NCBI GenBank assembly: GCA_963746845.1
Contig: CAVVCZ010000001.1
Span: 324,635 to 388,634 of the forward strand
Length of the DNA: 64,000 nt
Origin: an uncultured Chloroflexia bacterium
GTDB taxonomy: Bacteria; Chloroflexota; Limnocylindria; Limnocylindrales; CSP1-4
Direction of reading: 5' to 3'
The notes below the pieces were generated by a model. The model ran no database searches and had not been told where the DNA came from. It saw only the letters and a program-made list of their open reading frames with translations. Below are positions 38,410-47,775 of the stretch, in pieces. Position numbers and translations under genes: made by a program. How positions within the stretch are numbered: position 1 is the first letter of the stretch; the number at the start of each line of letters is the position of its first letter.

Positions 38410-39276
38410 TCAGTCGATCCTGGTCGCGCCCGCGTTCCGCCAGCCGTGGACAGGCTCATAGCCCAGGACGCGGCGCGCCTTGTCGATCGAGAGCAGGGAT
38501 TCGTTGCGCCCCAGTTCCTTGCGGACCTCAACGCCCGGGAACGTGGCCGCGGCGAGTTCCGCGGTCGGGCGAGACATCAACGAATCGGCGTTGGCGATCA
38601 CGAAGATCTCCATGCCGGTGGCATCGAGCTCGAGCGCCCTGCGGACCGCCTGCGCGCCGTCGCGCGCGTCGATGTACGCCCACAGGTTCCAGCGACGAAG
38701 CAGGGGATCGGCGTCGTAACCGGGGAATGCGCCGTAGTCCGCGGGCTCCATCACGTTCGAGAAGCGCAGCCCGATCATCTTGAGGTCCGGGTCCCATCGG
38801 CAGAACTGGCGGGCCATCTCCTCCTCGAGGTCCTTGGCCAGCGAATACGCGCTCTCGGGGCTCGGCCCTACCCCTTCGTCGACCGGCAGGTAGGGCGGCG
38901 GCGTGTCGAACGGAATGCCGAGGACCGTCTCGCTCGAGGCCCAGACCACGTTCTTGATGCCGGCGTGCCGCGCGGCGGCGAAGACGTTGTACGTGCTGAC
39001 GATGTTGTTGGCGAAGGTTGCCGCATTGGGACTCTGGCCGGCGCCCGGGATCGCGGCCAGGTGCACGACGGCGTCGAGGCCGTCGTGGCGGTCGTCGATC
39101 TGGGTCAGCGCCTCGAAGGTCTGGCCGAAGTCGGTGAAGTCGACGCGGGTGTAGGCCGCGGCGGCATCCCTGGGCCGCTGGATGTCGAGGTTGAGGATCT
39201 CGAAACCGTGGTCGAGGAGGTCCGCCACCACCGCCCGTCCCAGCTTCCCGCTCCCCCCGGTGACCGCAACCCGCAT
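38410..39276 (-). CDS. NAD-dependent epimerase/dehydratase family protein
   Basis: TGGSGKLG, HLAAIP, ASS and YSLAK. Confidence 0.88.
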   Translation of the reverse strand: MRVAVTGGSGKLGRAVVADLLDHGFEILNLDIQRPRDAAAAYTRVDFTDFGQTFEALTQIDDRHDGLDAVVHLAAIPGAGQSPNAATFANNIVSTYNVFAAARHAGIKNVVWASSETVLGIPFDTPPPYLPVDEGVGPSPESAYSLAKDLEEEMARQFCRWDPDLKMIGLRFSNVMEPADYGAFPGYDADPLLRRWNLWAYIDARDGAQAVRRALELDATGMEIFVIANADSLMSRPTAELAAATFPGVEVRKELGRNESLLSIDKARRVLGYEPVHGWRNAGATRID

Positions 39277-39420
39277 CGTCGACCTCCTTGCGGGGTCGAT
39301 GGTAGCCGGGTCTGCCGGCGTGTCCCGAGTGGCACCAGCCCACGATCCCGACGACATTCCCGAGCACAACATCGAGCCGACGCAGATCGATGAGCAAGGC
39401 GCAAGCACGTGGACCAGACG

Positions 39421-39534
39421 CTGGTCGATACCTACCGCTGGCCGCATAAGGACTGGATCGACTGGACGGTGGGCACGCTGCTGCATCAGGTGTTCGGACG
39501 GGCGTCGCCCGCGCGCCACGACATCGCCCGGTAG
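39421..39534 (+). pseudogene. 3' remnant of a TetR gene paralogous to 51427..52089
   Basis: LVDTYRWPHKDWIDWTVGTLLHQVFG versus LVGTYGWPHDDWVDWCVTTLLDQVFG (19/26 identical). Confidence 0.75.
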
Positions 39535-39554
39535 CCGTCCGCGCAGGAGGAACC

Positions 39555-39700
39555 GTGACCGCGTGGCGTTCGCGGATCGTGGGCCACGCGGACGTGGCGC
39601 CTGCCGAGCTCGTTCCGAACCCGCCAACTGGCGGACACACTCCAGTGACCAGCAGCGCGTCGTCACTGGTGCTCTGACCGAAGTCGGCTGTTGCCAGCTC
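39555..39700 (+). pseudogene. frameshifted N-terminus of a phage-type ParB-like/DNA methylase protein
   Basis: AGGAGG RBS, then MTAWRSRIVGHADVAPAELVPNP, a frameshift, and ANWRTHSSDQQRVVTGALTEVG. Confidence 0.6.
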
Positions 39701-39834
39701 GCTTCTCCGTACCCATGGGACCGCTAGAGTCATCAGCGGTCGCCTGCGATCCTCTCCCCCGACTCGTCACTACGAAGCAATGGCGTGCTCGTTTGCACGG
39801 CTGCTAGATCGGAGACCTGATTGCCATCCTCGTC

Positions 39835-41415
39835 TTGGTTCGCCAGGCAGTCACGCGGCTGTGCGCAGTGAGCTTCGGCGGCCCCTTTGAGGGATTCGGC
39901 CGAGGGTCCATTGTCGGGCTGCTCGGGCTACTGGTCCTCGTCACGCTTGGGTGCGAGCCCGCAAGACTAGGCCAGGCCACGCTACCACCGGCCGTCGCGA
40001 CCGCATCCACGGGCCCATCGACGAGTTCGGGCCTTCAGGCCACCCCAGCAGTCGTCTCGCCCGCAGCCCCGCCCCCGAACCGCCTGGTCTTCCATGTCGG
40101 TGGCGGAGGACTCGACGTGGCTCCTCCGAACCTCGAGTCAGCCTCGCCGCGTGAGCTCGCGACGGGCATCCAAGCATCCGAGCCGACGATCGCGCTCCTC
40201 GATGGCGGGGCCATGGTTTACCAGGGATGGGATCGTCCAGCGAATGGCGCCGTCGGGACTTCGCGGGTGTACGTTGCCGAAGTGCCCGACGGCGGATGGC
40301 ACGAGATTTCTCCGACTCCTCCGGGGGTGACCCACGACCCGTACCTTACGACCGACCCACGTACCGGCCGCATCCTAAGCGCCGCGCTGCTAGTCCCGGG
40401 CGAGCTCGAGCCCGACAAGTTCTGCATCGTTGTCAGCTTCACGGACGATCGCGGCGCGAACTGGGACCAGAGCGATCCGATCTGCAGCGCCGACGCCGAC
40501 CGGCCGAGATTGATCGCCTCCGTACCCGTGACCAGCGAGACGGGCGACGCCAGTCTGATCACCCTCTGCTATGTGAATGGCCGCACCGACGGCCAAACGT
40601 GCCTGCGGTCCCTCGATGGTGGCGCCACGTTTCGGGCAGCAGGCCTGATCCCACCGGACGGGTGCGATCCGGGGCCTGCCGGTCCCCTCTTCGGCCACCT
40701 CGCAGCCGATGCGCGGGGGACCCTGTATCTCGGCCGGATCTCCTGTCGCCGGCCAGTGATCGCCATCAGCATCGACGAAGGAACGACCTGGACCGAACAC
40801 GTGATCGGGCCCGAGGGCTGGAACGGCTATCCGGAGGTCGCCGTTGCGGTCGACGACGACGGTGTCATCTATGGACTATGGGTCGCCGCTGACCGCCTTC
40901 CCTACCTGGTGGCGTCACAGGACGGTGGAACCACCTGGGCTGAGCCACTGCGGGTGTCCGCTCCCGGCATCGCCGAGGTCAACCTCGTTTCCATGGAGGG
41001 CGGCGCCGGTGGCCGGCTCGCGATCGGCGCGATCGTCAGCACCGATGCGCCTACCGGACCGAAATCGGCAGTGGCCGTTCAATGCAACGAGGGGCCGTGC
41101 ACTGACGCAGTCTTCTACGAAAACGTGACCTGGCACGCCAGCCTGACGGTGACGGTGGACGCCTCGGCGCCATCCCCACACTTCGCAACGGCGATTCTGA
41201 ACGATCCCGTCGCGCCGATCGTTCGCGGCAGCTGCGGCCCGGGGAGATGCAAGTCCAACGCGGATTTCACGGATCTGGTCATCGATGCGCAGGGCCAGCC
41301 CTGGATGGCGTTCGTCGCCTGTCCCGATGGAGTCTGTCCAACACGCCAAACGGGTGGCTATTGGGGTTCGTCGAATGGCATGCTCGGGACCATTGACGGG
41401 GTGCCACTGGGCTGA
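39835..41415 (+). CDS. secreted BNR/Asp-box (sialidase-like) beta-propeller protein
   Basis: Asp boxes FTDDRGANW, SLDGGATF, SIDEGTTW and SQDGGTTW, with a hydrophobic signal ending TLGC. Start uncertain. Confidence 0.75.
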   Translation: MVRQAVTRLCAVSFGGPFEGFGRGSIVGLLGLLVLVTLGCEPARLGQATLPPAVATASTGPSTSSGLQATPAVVSPAAPPPNRLVFHVGGGGLDVAPPNLESASPRELATGIQASEPTIALLDGGAMVYQGWDRPANGAVGTSRVYVAEVPDGGWHEISPTPPGVTHDPYLTTDPRTGRILSAALLVPGELEPDKFCIVVSFTDDRGANWDQSDPICSADADRPRLIASVPVTSETGDASLITLCYVNGRTDGQTCLRSLDGGATFRAAGLIPPDGCDPGPAGPLFGHLAADARGTLYLGRISCRRPVIAISIDEGTTWTEHVIGPEGWNGYPEVAVAVDDDGVIYGLWVAADRLPYLVASQDGGTTWAEPLRVSAPGIAEVNLVSMEGGAGGRLAIGAIVSTDAPTGPKSAVAVQCNEGPCTDAVFYENVTWHASLTVTVDASAPSPHFATAILNDPVAPIVRGSCGPGRCKSNADFTDLVIDAQGQPWMAFVACPDGVCPTRQTGGYWGSSNGMLGTIDGVPLG

Positions 41416-41422
41416 TCTCGCT

Positions 41423-41612
41423 CACGCGATCTACTGAGCGCATCGTTGTTGCGGGACCCACGTTCGTGAGCGCCCGACTCACCCCGGCGGCCTACCAGCA
41501 CGGTCTGGCCCTTGCGCCGCCTCAGGTTGTTATGGCGCGCCCGATCAGGATTCGCGCCTGCGCGCACCCGCGAGGAATGCAGGCTGATCCCGATCGATGG
41601 AGCGACGAGTGG
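41423..41612 (+). pseudogene. large serine recombinase 3' remnant with degenerate att site (GG at 41548-41549)
   Basis: HAIY/ERIVVAGPTFVSARLTPAAYQHGLALAPPQVVMARP...IPIDG..DEW, homologous to 50117..50374. Confidence 0.7.
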
Positions 41613-41756
41613 GATGCTGCGACATACGTGTGCAGCGCCCTACGAGTGGGCGGTGAAGAAGCCGCACGACCGGGCTCCAGGAGCGAGTGCCCGCGAGCTG
41701 CGCGTCGTGAGTTCCAACTGACGGCCCTCGATCTGGAGTAGAGAGTTTCGGCTCGG

Positions 41757-43763
41757 TCAGGTCAGGCCCCAGCCGATCAGGTGCCAGGCGGCGAGCTGCA
41801 CGGTCAGCCCGACGCTCGCAACGACGAGGACGGCATCTCGGAGCTGGATGGCGCTCGACCACCATCTCCTGACCCACCCCACGACGCCGAGGGTCAGCAG
41901 GCAGCCAGCCGCGACGGCGAGCGCCAGGGGCAGGTGCAGCGCCAGGCGCTGCACGAGGGGGAACTCGAGCCAGCCGAGGAACCCGGAGTCGACGAGCCCC
42001 GGGATGGTGGCGACGAGTGCGATCGTGGCGAGCCCGAACGCTGCACTGAGCGTCGCCGCCGCGAGGAACAGGCGGTAGGTCCCTGTGTTCTCCGGGCCGC
42101 GCGCCACGTCGGTGGCACTTCGGCGCCTGCGGATCATCGAGACGAGGCCCGCGATCAGCCACCAGGCCGACACGAGTGCCGCGACGACCAACAACGCCCA
42201 TTGCCACGGCGCCGGTCCGTTGGAGACCCGAACGAGCTCGAAGTTGCGCCAGGTCGCCACGGCACCTCGGAAGTCGAGGGCCTCGCCGTTATCGGCGAGG
42301 AAGACGCCGGTCTCGACCTCCGTCAGCCGATGGACACTGGCCGTGTCATTCCAATCGTGCCCTTCGAAGTAGGGCACGCCGGCGTCGACGAAGAACCGCT
42401 CCGGTGCGCCAGACGGATTCATGGCTCCCCAGACCGCCACCTTGAAGCTGCCGGCGTAGCGCGCCCAGCGGACCGCTTCGTCGCCCGATGGCGGCATGGC
42501 CAGGCCTTCGACGCGTTGCGCGAGGCCTGCCGGGGGCAGGTACCCGCCGTCAGGCTCCTCGGCCGGAGCCCGCGCGGGCAAGGCGAGCAGCCGGTCGTGG
42601 TACGTGGTGCCGGGCTCCTGCACCACGTCCTGGAGGATCGAGAGTGCGAGGTCGCCCTGGAGGTGGTGATCGGCCGAGTTGGTGAGCACCGCGATCCCGA
42701 GCTGCAGCTGGGGCGCCCACCACATGTCGGACAGGAAGCCGAAGCCACCGCCACCATGGTTGAACAAGTCGGTGTTGTTGCCGTTGAACCAGGTGTGGCG
42801 GACGACGCCCAGCGCGTAGCCCGCGGGCGCGCCGGCGTGCGGCGCCGGAACCGTCCGCATCTCGCTCATCAGCGCGCCGCCGAGCACGGCCTTGCCATCG
42901 AGCGTGCCGTCGTTCAGCTGGAACCGGAGGAACTGCGCCAGGTCCGTCGCGCTCGTATACAGCCCGCCTGCCGCCATCATCGGCTCGAACACGGGCACGC
43001 TCGGGATCGGACTCGAATGCCCCAGCGCGCGGTTCGCGGTCGCCCCGATCTCGTCGCGGTCGAAGGTGCTTTCGGTCATGCCCAGCGGTGCGAGCAACAG
43101 CTCGCGCATCACGGCCGCGTACGGCTTGCCGTACGTCCGCTCGAGGATGAACCCGGCGACGTCGATGCCCAAGTTCGAATAGGCGAAGCCCGTCCCGACG
43201 GGGAACCGCAGCCACGTGTCTGAGATGCTCCGGACGTGCTCGTCGAAGGTGCCCGGGTCGAGCTCGTCGTTGTTGCCGATCGGCGCCTCGTGGGTGAAGC
43301 CGGCGGTGTGGCTCAACAGCATGCGGAGCGTGATCTTCCGCTCGGGATGGTCCTCGAACGCGCTGTGCACGGTGAACTCCGGGAGGTAGGTGGTGATCGG
43401 CTCGTCGAGGCTGAGACGCCCGTCCTGGACGGCGCGCATGACGGCGGTCGCAGTGAACAGCTTCGACATCGACTGGACGCTGAAGAGCGTGTCGGCATCG
43501 ACCGAGCCCGACCCATTGCCATCGACGTGCCCAAAGCCCTGCGTCCAGAGCACCTGGTCGCCGTCGACGAGCGCGACGGCGAGACCGGGGACGTCCTGCT
43601 CGGCCATAAGCTCCGGGATGTGTGCCTGATACTTCGCGATCACGTTTGCCGCGTCAGTGGCGGCTCCCACGGACGGCACGGCGCCGAATGGAAGGACAGA
43701 AACGGTCGCGAGCCCGACGCACGCGGCAAGCGTCGCGATGAGCGGTCCCCGCCGCTTGCTCAT
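41757..43763 (-). CDS. membrane-anchored serine hydrolase, beta-lactamase class C/AmpC-like
   Basis: Signal peptide, SMSK (SxxK), LLSHTAG, YSN and HGG, with C-terminal TM helices. Confidence 0.88.
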   Translation of the reverse strand: MSKRRGPLIATLAACVGLATVSVLPFGAVPSVGAATDAANVIAKYQAHIPELMAEQDVPGLAVALVDGDQVLWTQGFGHVDGNGSGSVDADTLFSVQSMSKLFTATAVMRAVQDGRLSLDEPITTYLPEFTVHSAFEDHPERKITLRMLLSHTAGFTHEAPIGNNDELDPGTFDEHVRSISDTWLRFPVGTGFAYSNLGIDVAGFILERTYGKPYAAVMRELLLAPLGMTESTFDRDEIGATANRALGHSSPIPSVPVFEPMMAAGGLYTSATDLAQFLRFQLNDGTLDGKAVLGGALMSEMRTVPAPHAGAPAGYALGVVRHTWFNGNNTDLFNHGGGGFGFLSDMWWAPQLQLGIAVLTNSADHHLQGDLALSILQDVVQEPGTTYHDRLLALPARAPAEEPDGGYLPPAGLAQRVEGLAMPPSGDEAVRWARYAGSFKVAVWGAMNPSGAPERFFVDAGVPYFEGHDWNDTASVHRLTEVETGVFLADNGEALDFRGAVATWRNFELVRVSNGPAPWQWALLVVAALVSAWWLIAGLVSMIRRRRSATDVARGPENTGTYRLFLAAATLSAAFGLATIALVATIPGLVDSGFLGWLEFPLVQRLALHLPLALAVAAGCLLTLGVVGWVRRWWSSAIQLRDAVLVVASVGLTVQLAAWHLIGWGLT

Positions 43764-43782
43764 GGCCGGGTGGCCGACAACG

Positions 43783-44460
43783 TCACGGTGGACGCTCCGC
43801 CCCGACCTGGCGTGGACCAGCAGTCGGGCCCGCAGCGGCCCGCGCTGCGAGCTTCTGTGGCTGCTGGGCGGCCCAAAGGTTGAGCGCCATCAGCCCGACG
43901 TAGCCGAGGATCAAGCCGATCAGGACCCACTCCATCGGTGGCGTGTGCAGCACGAATCCGAACAGCACCGCCGCGGCCCCGGAGAGGAGGGCCCAGACAG
44001 CGATCGGCCGCCAGAAGGCGGGATGCCGATAGAGGAACAGGCCGGACAGCACCGCGGCTGTGGCCAGGATCTCGATGTTCCACATCGAGATCCAGCCGTG
44101 CATATCGGCGTTGAGGCTCTCGGGCAGGATGGCTGTCGCCACGGTTGTCGCGCCGCCGATGACGCCGAGGATCCGGACGGCAGTGAGCCGGTTGCGCATT
44201 CGTCGTGACGCGCCTTCGGCCCAATCGGCGAATCCCCAGAAGAAGCCGATGAGCGCCACGCCGGTCAGGCTCACGCCGACGTTGTAGACCAGCGCTCCGC
44301 CAGGGTTGAGCGTCGAGCTGCCAAGGTCACTCAGCCAATTGTCGGCGGGGCCGAACGGACCCGGATAGAGCATTTGGGCGGCGATCGTGAAGCCCAGGTA
44401 GCAGCCGATCGCAGCGATGCCGGCGACGGAGCTGAGCGGCCAACGATGTCTGCCATTCAT
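43783..44460 (-). CDS. DUF998-type membrane protein
   Basis: YPG..NWLSDLG..NPGGALVYN, with several TM segments. Confidence 0.7.
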   Translation of the reverse strand: MNGRHRWPLSSVAGIAAIGCYLGFTIAAQMLYPGPFGPADNWLSDLGSSTLNPGGALVYNVGVSLTGVALIGFFWGFADWAEGASRRMRNRLTAVRILGVIGGATTVATAILPESLNADMHGWISMWNIEILATAAVLSGLFLYRHPAFWRPIAVWALLSGAAAVLFGFVLHTPPMEWVLIGLILGYVGLMALNLWAAQQPQKLAARAAAGPTAGPRQVGAERPP

Positions 44461-44859
44461 CCACGTTTAGATAAGGGCGACGGCACCGTCGGCGGTAGAG
44501 CCGGAAGGCATGAACCAGGGGGCCCACGAGGAGCCTTGCGGCACTGGTATGAGGATCGACGAGAAGGCTGCGGTCCGGACTCGAACCTCCCGCAGCCAGG
44601 GTAGTAAGGACCCTATCGACCGATCGTCAAACGTCGACGGAGAGTCGCAACGAACCGGCCGACGGCTCGCTGCTTGGTGCGGCGAGGCTGGAGGATGACG
44701 CGGGCTGCTCTCCGACGTCCTCATGCAAAATTTCAGAAGTCGGCTACGTTGCGCTATTGCCTCCGCCTTCTCCGCAGTGGCACTGGACGGGTCACCGCCG
44801 ACGGGTCACCGCCGAGGTCCGCCGAGGCGAGAAGGTCGCACGTTCGACTAGGGATTCAA

Positions 44860-44955
44860 GCGCGCCCGACAGGTGTTGGACGCGCGATTTCAACCTACAC
44901 CATCCCGATCGAGGGGCGCGACGAGTGGCTGGCCGCTGCTAGGCGGCTGGCATGA
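44860..44955 (+). mobile_element. att junction (non-element left arm / P' right arm) with recombinase tail coding remnant
   Basis: gcgcgcccgaca GG tgttggacgcgc gatt tcaacct, encoding ARPTGVGRAISTYTIPIEGRDEWLAAARRLA*. Confidence 0.75.
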
Positions 44956-45200
44956 GGGACGGGTACCAGCGCGGGGTGCTTCCGCCGCAGGCGACGCGGC
45001 GCCAGATGGACGTGCTTGCCGCCTACGTAGCCGCCGGCGGGTCGGTCCACGACGCGGCCGAACTCGTGGGTATCAGGCCCAGCACCGTCAAGCGGCACCT
45101 CGCCGACCTACGAGCGCGGTCGGGACTGACGACCGAGCAGCTGATCTATTCGGGCCGCGCCCTTGGTTGGCTCGTCGTCCCGAGCCTGGAGCCAGCGTGA
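44952..45200 (+). CDS. small HTH DNA-binding protein coupled to the recombinase tail
   Basis: ATGA overlap; TRRQMDVL..SVHDAAELVGIRPSTVKRHLADLR. Confidence 0.7.
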   Translation: MRDGYQRGVLPPQATRRQMDVLAAYVAAGGSVHDAAELVGIRPSTVKRHLADLRARSGLTTEQLIYSGRALGWLVVPSLEPA

Positions 45201-45292
45201 TCTCTTGAATGCAGGCTGAGCCCCCGCGCGCGACCCCGAGTGCCCATCGCTCGCTCAAGCCGGACTATGCGCCAACCACTCTCGCTCCGCAG

Positions 45293-45994
45293 TCAGGCCG
45301 TGCCGATGGGATCGGCACGGTCGGGCGACGCCCGGAGGCTGTCCAGACCGGCGAGGATCAGATCGAGACCGAAGTCGAACTCGCTGGCGAAGTCGTAGCC
45401 GGCCTTGCCCACGTGCTCGGCAACGGACTCGGCGAGGTAGGGATAGTCGTCAGCGGGGAACTGGCTGAGAATCTCGATCGCCAACTTGTCGACCTGGTCC
45501 GTGCTTTCGAAGGGCAGGGTCTGCTCTTGCAGCGCGAAGCCGAAGATGAAGCTGTCGAGCAGGGTGAAGGCGTGAACGGCCATCGCGACGGAGAAGCCAG
45601 CCTGCCGCAACGCCCCTATCACCATGTCGTGGTATCGCATGTTGCCCGGGCCTGGATGGACGCGGGACTGGATCACCCCCAGCGCCCAGCGGTGACGCGC
45701 GAGCACTTCGCGGATCGAGTTGGCTTGCTGACGCATCGCCCCTTTCCAGTCTGACCCTTCGGCGGTGACGTCGATCTCCTCGTACATCACGTCGACCATC
45801 GCGTCGAGCAGATCGTCCTTGTTCGCGAAGTGGTTGTAGAGCGCCATGGGGTATACCCCCAGCTCCTGGGCGACGTTCCGCATGCTGAGCGACTCGATCC
45901 CGCCTTCATCAGCGAGCTTGATGGCCGTTCTGAGCACTCGCTGCCGGCTGAGTGGGACTCGTCGTCTGGTCCTCGATCGTTGCTTGACAACCAT
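45293..45994 (-). CDS. TetR family regulator (TetR_C type)
   Basis: LSMRNVAQELGV.PMALYNHFANKDDLL and FDFGLDLIL. Confidence 0.9.
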   Translation of the reverse strand: MVVKQRSRTRRRVPLSRQRVLRTAIKLADEGGIESLSMRNVAQELGVYPMALYNHFANKDDLLDAMVDVMYEEIDVTAEGSDWKGAMRQQANSIREVLARHRWALGVIQSRVHPGPGNMRYHDMVIGALRQAGFSVAMAVHAFTLLDSFIFGFALQEQTLPFESTDQVDKLAIEILSQFPADDYPYLAESVAEHVGKAGYDFASEFDFGLDLILAGLDSLRASPDRADPIGTA

Positions 45995-46025
45995 TTGGAT
46001 CCTCTCGGCACCTGGGTCTTGACGT

Positions 46026-46076
46026 ATGTACGCTGTACATCTAATGTACGCCGTATTGGCGATGTACGCCGTACAT
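46026..46076. promoter_or_regulatory. three ATGTAC-N3-GTACAT operator palindromes at 18-bp period
   Basis: 46026 atgtacgctgtacat, 46044 atgtacgccgtattg and 46062 atgtacgccgtacat, following TTGACG between divergent genes. Confidence 0.8.
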
Positions 46077-46091
46077 TAGCAGGAGACCACC

Positions 46092-47120
46092 ATGAAGGCA
46101 ATCGTTCAACCAACCTATGGCTCACCCGATGACCTGCAGCTGCGCGACATCGACCAGCCCACGATCGGCGACCGCGACGTGCTGGTGCGCGTGCATGCCG
46201 CGTCGGTCAACACCGCCGACCGGCTCATCCTGCGCGGCCGCCCCTATCTGATGCGCGCCGCGGGCTCCGGACACGGCTTTAGCCCGCGTCGACCCCAGTT
46301 CGCCGTCGCGGGCACGGACCTCGCCGGTCGTGTGGCGGCGGTAGGCAGTCTGGTGACCGCCTTCCGCCCCGGCGACGAGGTGTACGGGAGCGTCCCCGGC
46401 GCGATCGCGGAGTACGTCGCGGCGCCGGACACCGCCCTGGCGGCCAAGCCGTCGAGCCTCAGCTTCCAACAGGCCGCCGCGATGCCGCTGGCCGCGCTCA
46501 CCGCACTCCAGGGGCTTCGCGATGCCGGACAGGTCCAGCCCGGGCAGCGGGTTCTGATCAATGGGGCCTCGGGCGGCGTCGGCACCTATGCGGTGCAGAT
46601 CGCCAAGGTCCTGGGCGCCGAGGTGACCGCGGTGACCAGCGGCCCGAACGTCGAGATGGTTCGATCGCTCGGCGCCGACCACGTCATCGACTACACCAGC
46701 GAGGACTTCACGAAGTCAGCCAGTCGGTATGACGTCATCCTGGACCTTGTGGGCAACCACTCACTGTCGGCTCGACGACGCGCGCTGACCGCGACGGGCA
46801 CGCTGTTGCTGTCATACGTCGGTACCAACCGCTGGGTGGGGCCGTTCGGTCACATCCTGGCTGCCGTGGTGCTGACGCGGTTCACGAGCCACAGGATCGT
46901 CTCGTTCACGACCGCTCCGAGCAGTGCCGACCTGCTCGTCCTTGCGCAGCTGACAGACGAGGGAAAGATCGTGCCGGTCATCGACCGGACCTACCGCCTC
47001 GACCAAGCAGCCGAGGCGATCCGCTACCTGGAACTCGGACGTGCCCGGGGCAAGGTCATCATCAGCATCAGCGACCGCGGCGCGCTGGCCGCGCTGACGC
47101 CGGCGAGTGTGGCGTCGTGA
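46092..47120 (+). CDS. NAD(P)-dependent quinone oxidoreductase/MDR family protein
   Basis: MKAIV..YGSP, NGASGGVGTYAVQIAK and ARGKVII. Confidence 0.9.
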   Translation: MKAIVQPTYGSPDDLQLRDIDQPTIGDRDVLVRVHAASVNTADRLILRGRPYLMRAAGSGHGFSPRRPQFAVAGTDLAGRVAAVGSLVTAFRPGDEVYGSVPGAIAEYVAAPDTALAAKPSSLSFQQAAAMPLAALTALQGLRDAGQVQPGQRVLINGASGGVGTYAVQIAKVLGAEVTAVTSGPNVEMVRSLGADHVIDYTSEDFTKSASRYDVILDLVGNHSLSARRRALTATGTLLLSYVGTNRWVGPFGHILAAVVLTRFTSHRIVSFTTAPSSADLLVLAQLTDEGKIVPVIDRTYRLDQAAEAIRYLELGRARGKVIISISDRGALAALTPASVAS

Positions 47121-47773
47121 CGGCGCCAGCGATGCCAGTGGGGCCGTACGCGGCTCGTCTGACCATTGACTACCCCGAACGCCTTGATCGGGTCACGACC
47201 TTCTTTCGCCTGATCTGGGTCATACCGATCGCCATCGTGCTCGGAGTGATCACGGGGAGCGGGACCCAGATGATGGTCACCGCAGCCGGCGGGCACATCG
47301 TCGGAGCCGGCGGTGGACTGCTCGCTGGCTTGGCTTTCGCCACGGCGCTGATGATCGTCATCCGCATGCGCTACCCGCGCTGGTGGTTCGACTTCGCACG
47401 GGAGCTGACCCGCTTCGGCGCCCGCGTCGGTGCCTACGTGGCCCTGATCACGGACCGATATCCGTCCACTGTCGAGGAGCAATCGGTGCACCTCGAGATC
47501 GAGTATCCAGAGGTCGATCGCGACCTGAACCGCTGGCTTCCACTGGTCAAGTGGTTCCTGGCGATCCCCCATTACGTCGCGCTGGTCGTCCTGATCATCG
47601 GAGCGGCCCTCGCCATCGTGATCGCCTGGTTCGCGATCCTCATGACCGGGCGTTATCCCCAGCCGCTCTTCGACTACGTGGTCGGCGTCGGGCGGTGGAG
47701 CCTGCGCGTGAACGCCTACGCGTTCCTGCTCGTGACCGACCGCTATCCCCCCTTCAGCCTGAAAGCAGGGTAG
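47117..47773 (+). CDS. DUF4389 membrane protein
   Basis: Two repeats ending RYP..FDF / TDRYPPFSL. Confidence 0.88.
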   Translation: MTAPAMPVGPYAARLTIDYPERLDRVTTFFRLIWVIPIAIVLGVITGSGTQMMVTAAGGHIVGAGGGLLAGLAFATALMIVIRMRYPRWWFDFARELTRFGARVGAYVALITDRYPSTVEEQSVHLEIEYPEVDRDLNRWLPLVKWFLAIPHYVALVVLIIGAALAIVIAWFAILMTGRYPQPLFDYVVGVGRWSLRVNAYAFLLVTDRYPPFSLKAG

Positions 47774-47775
47774 TC

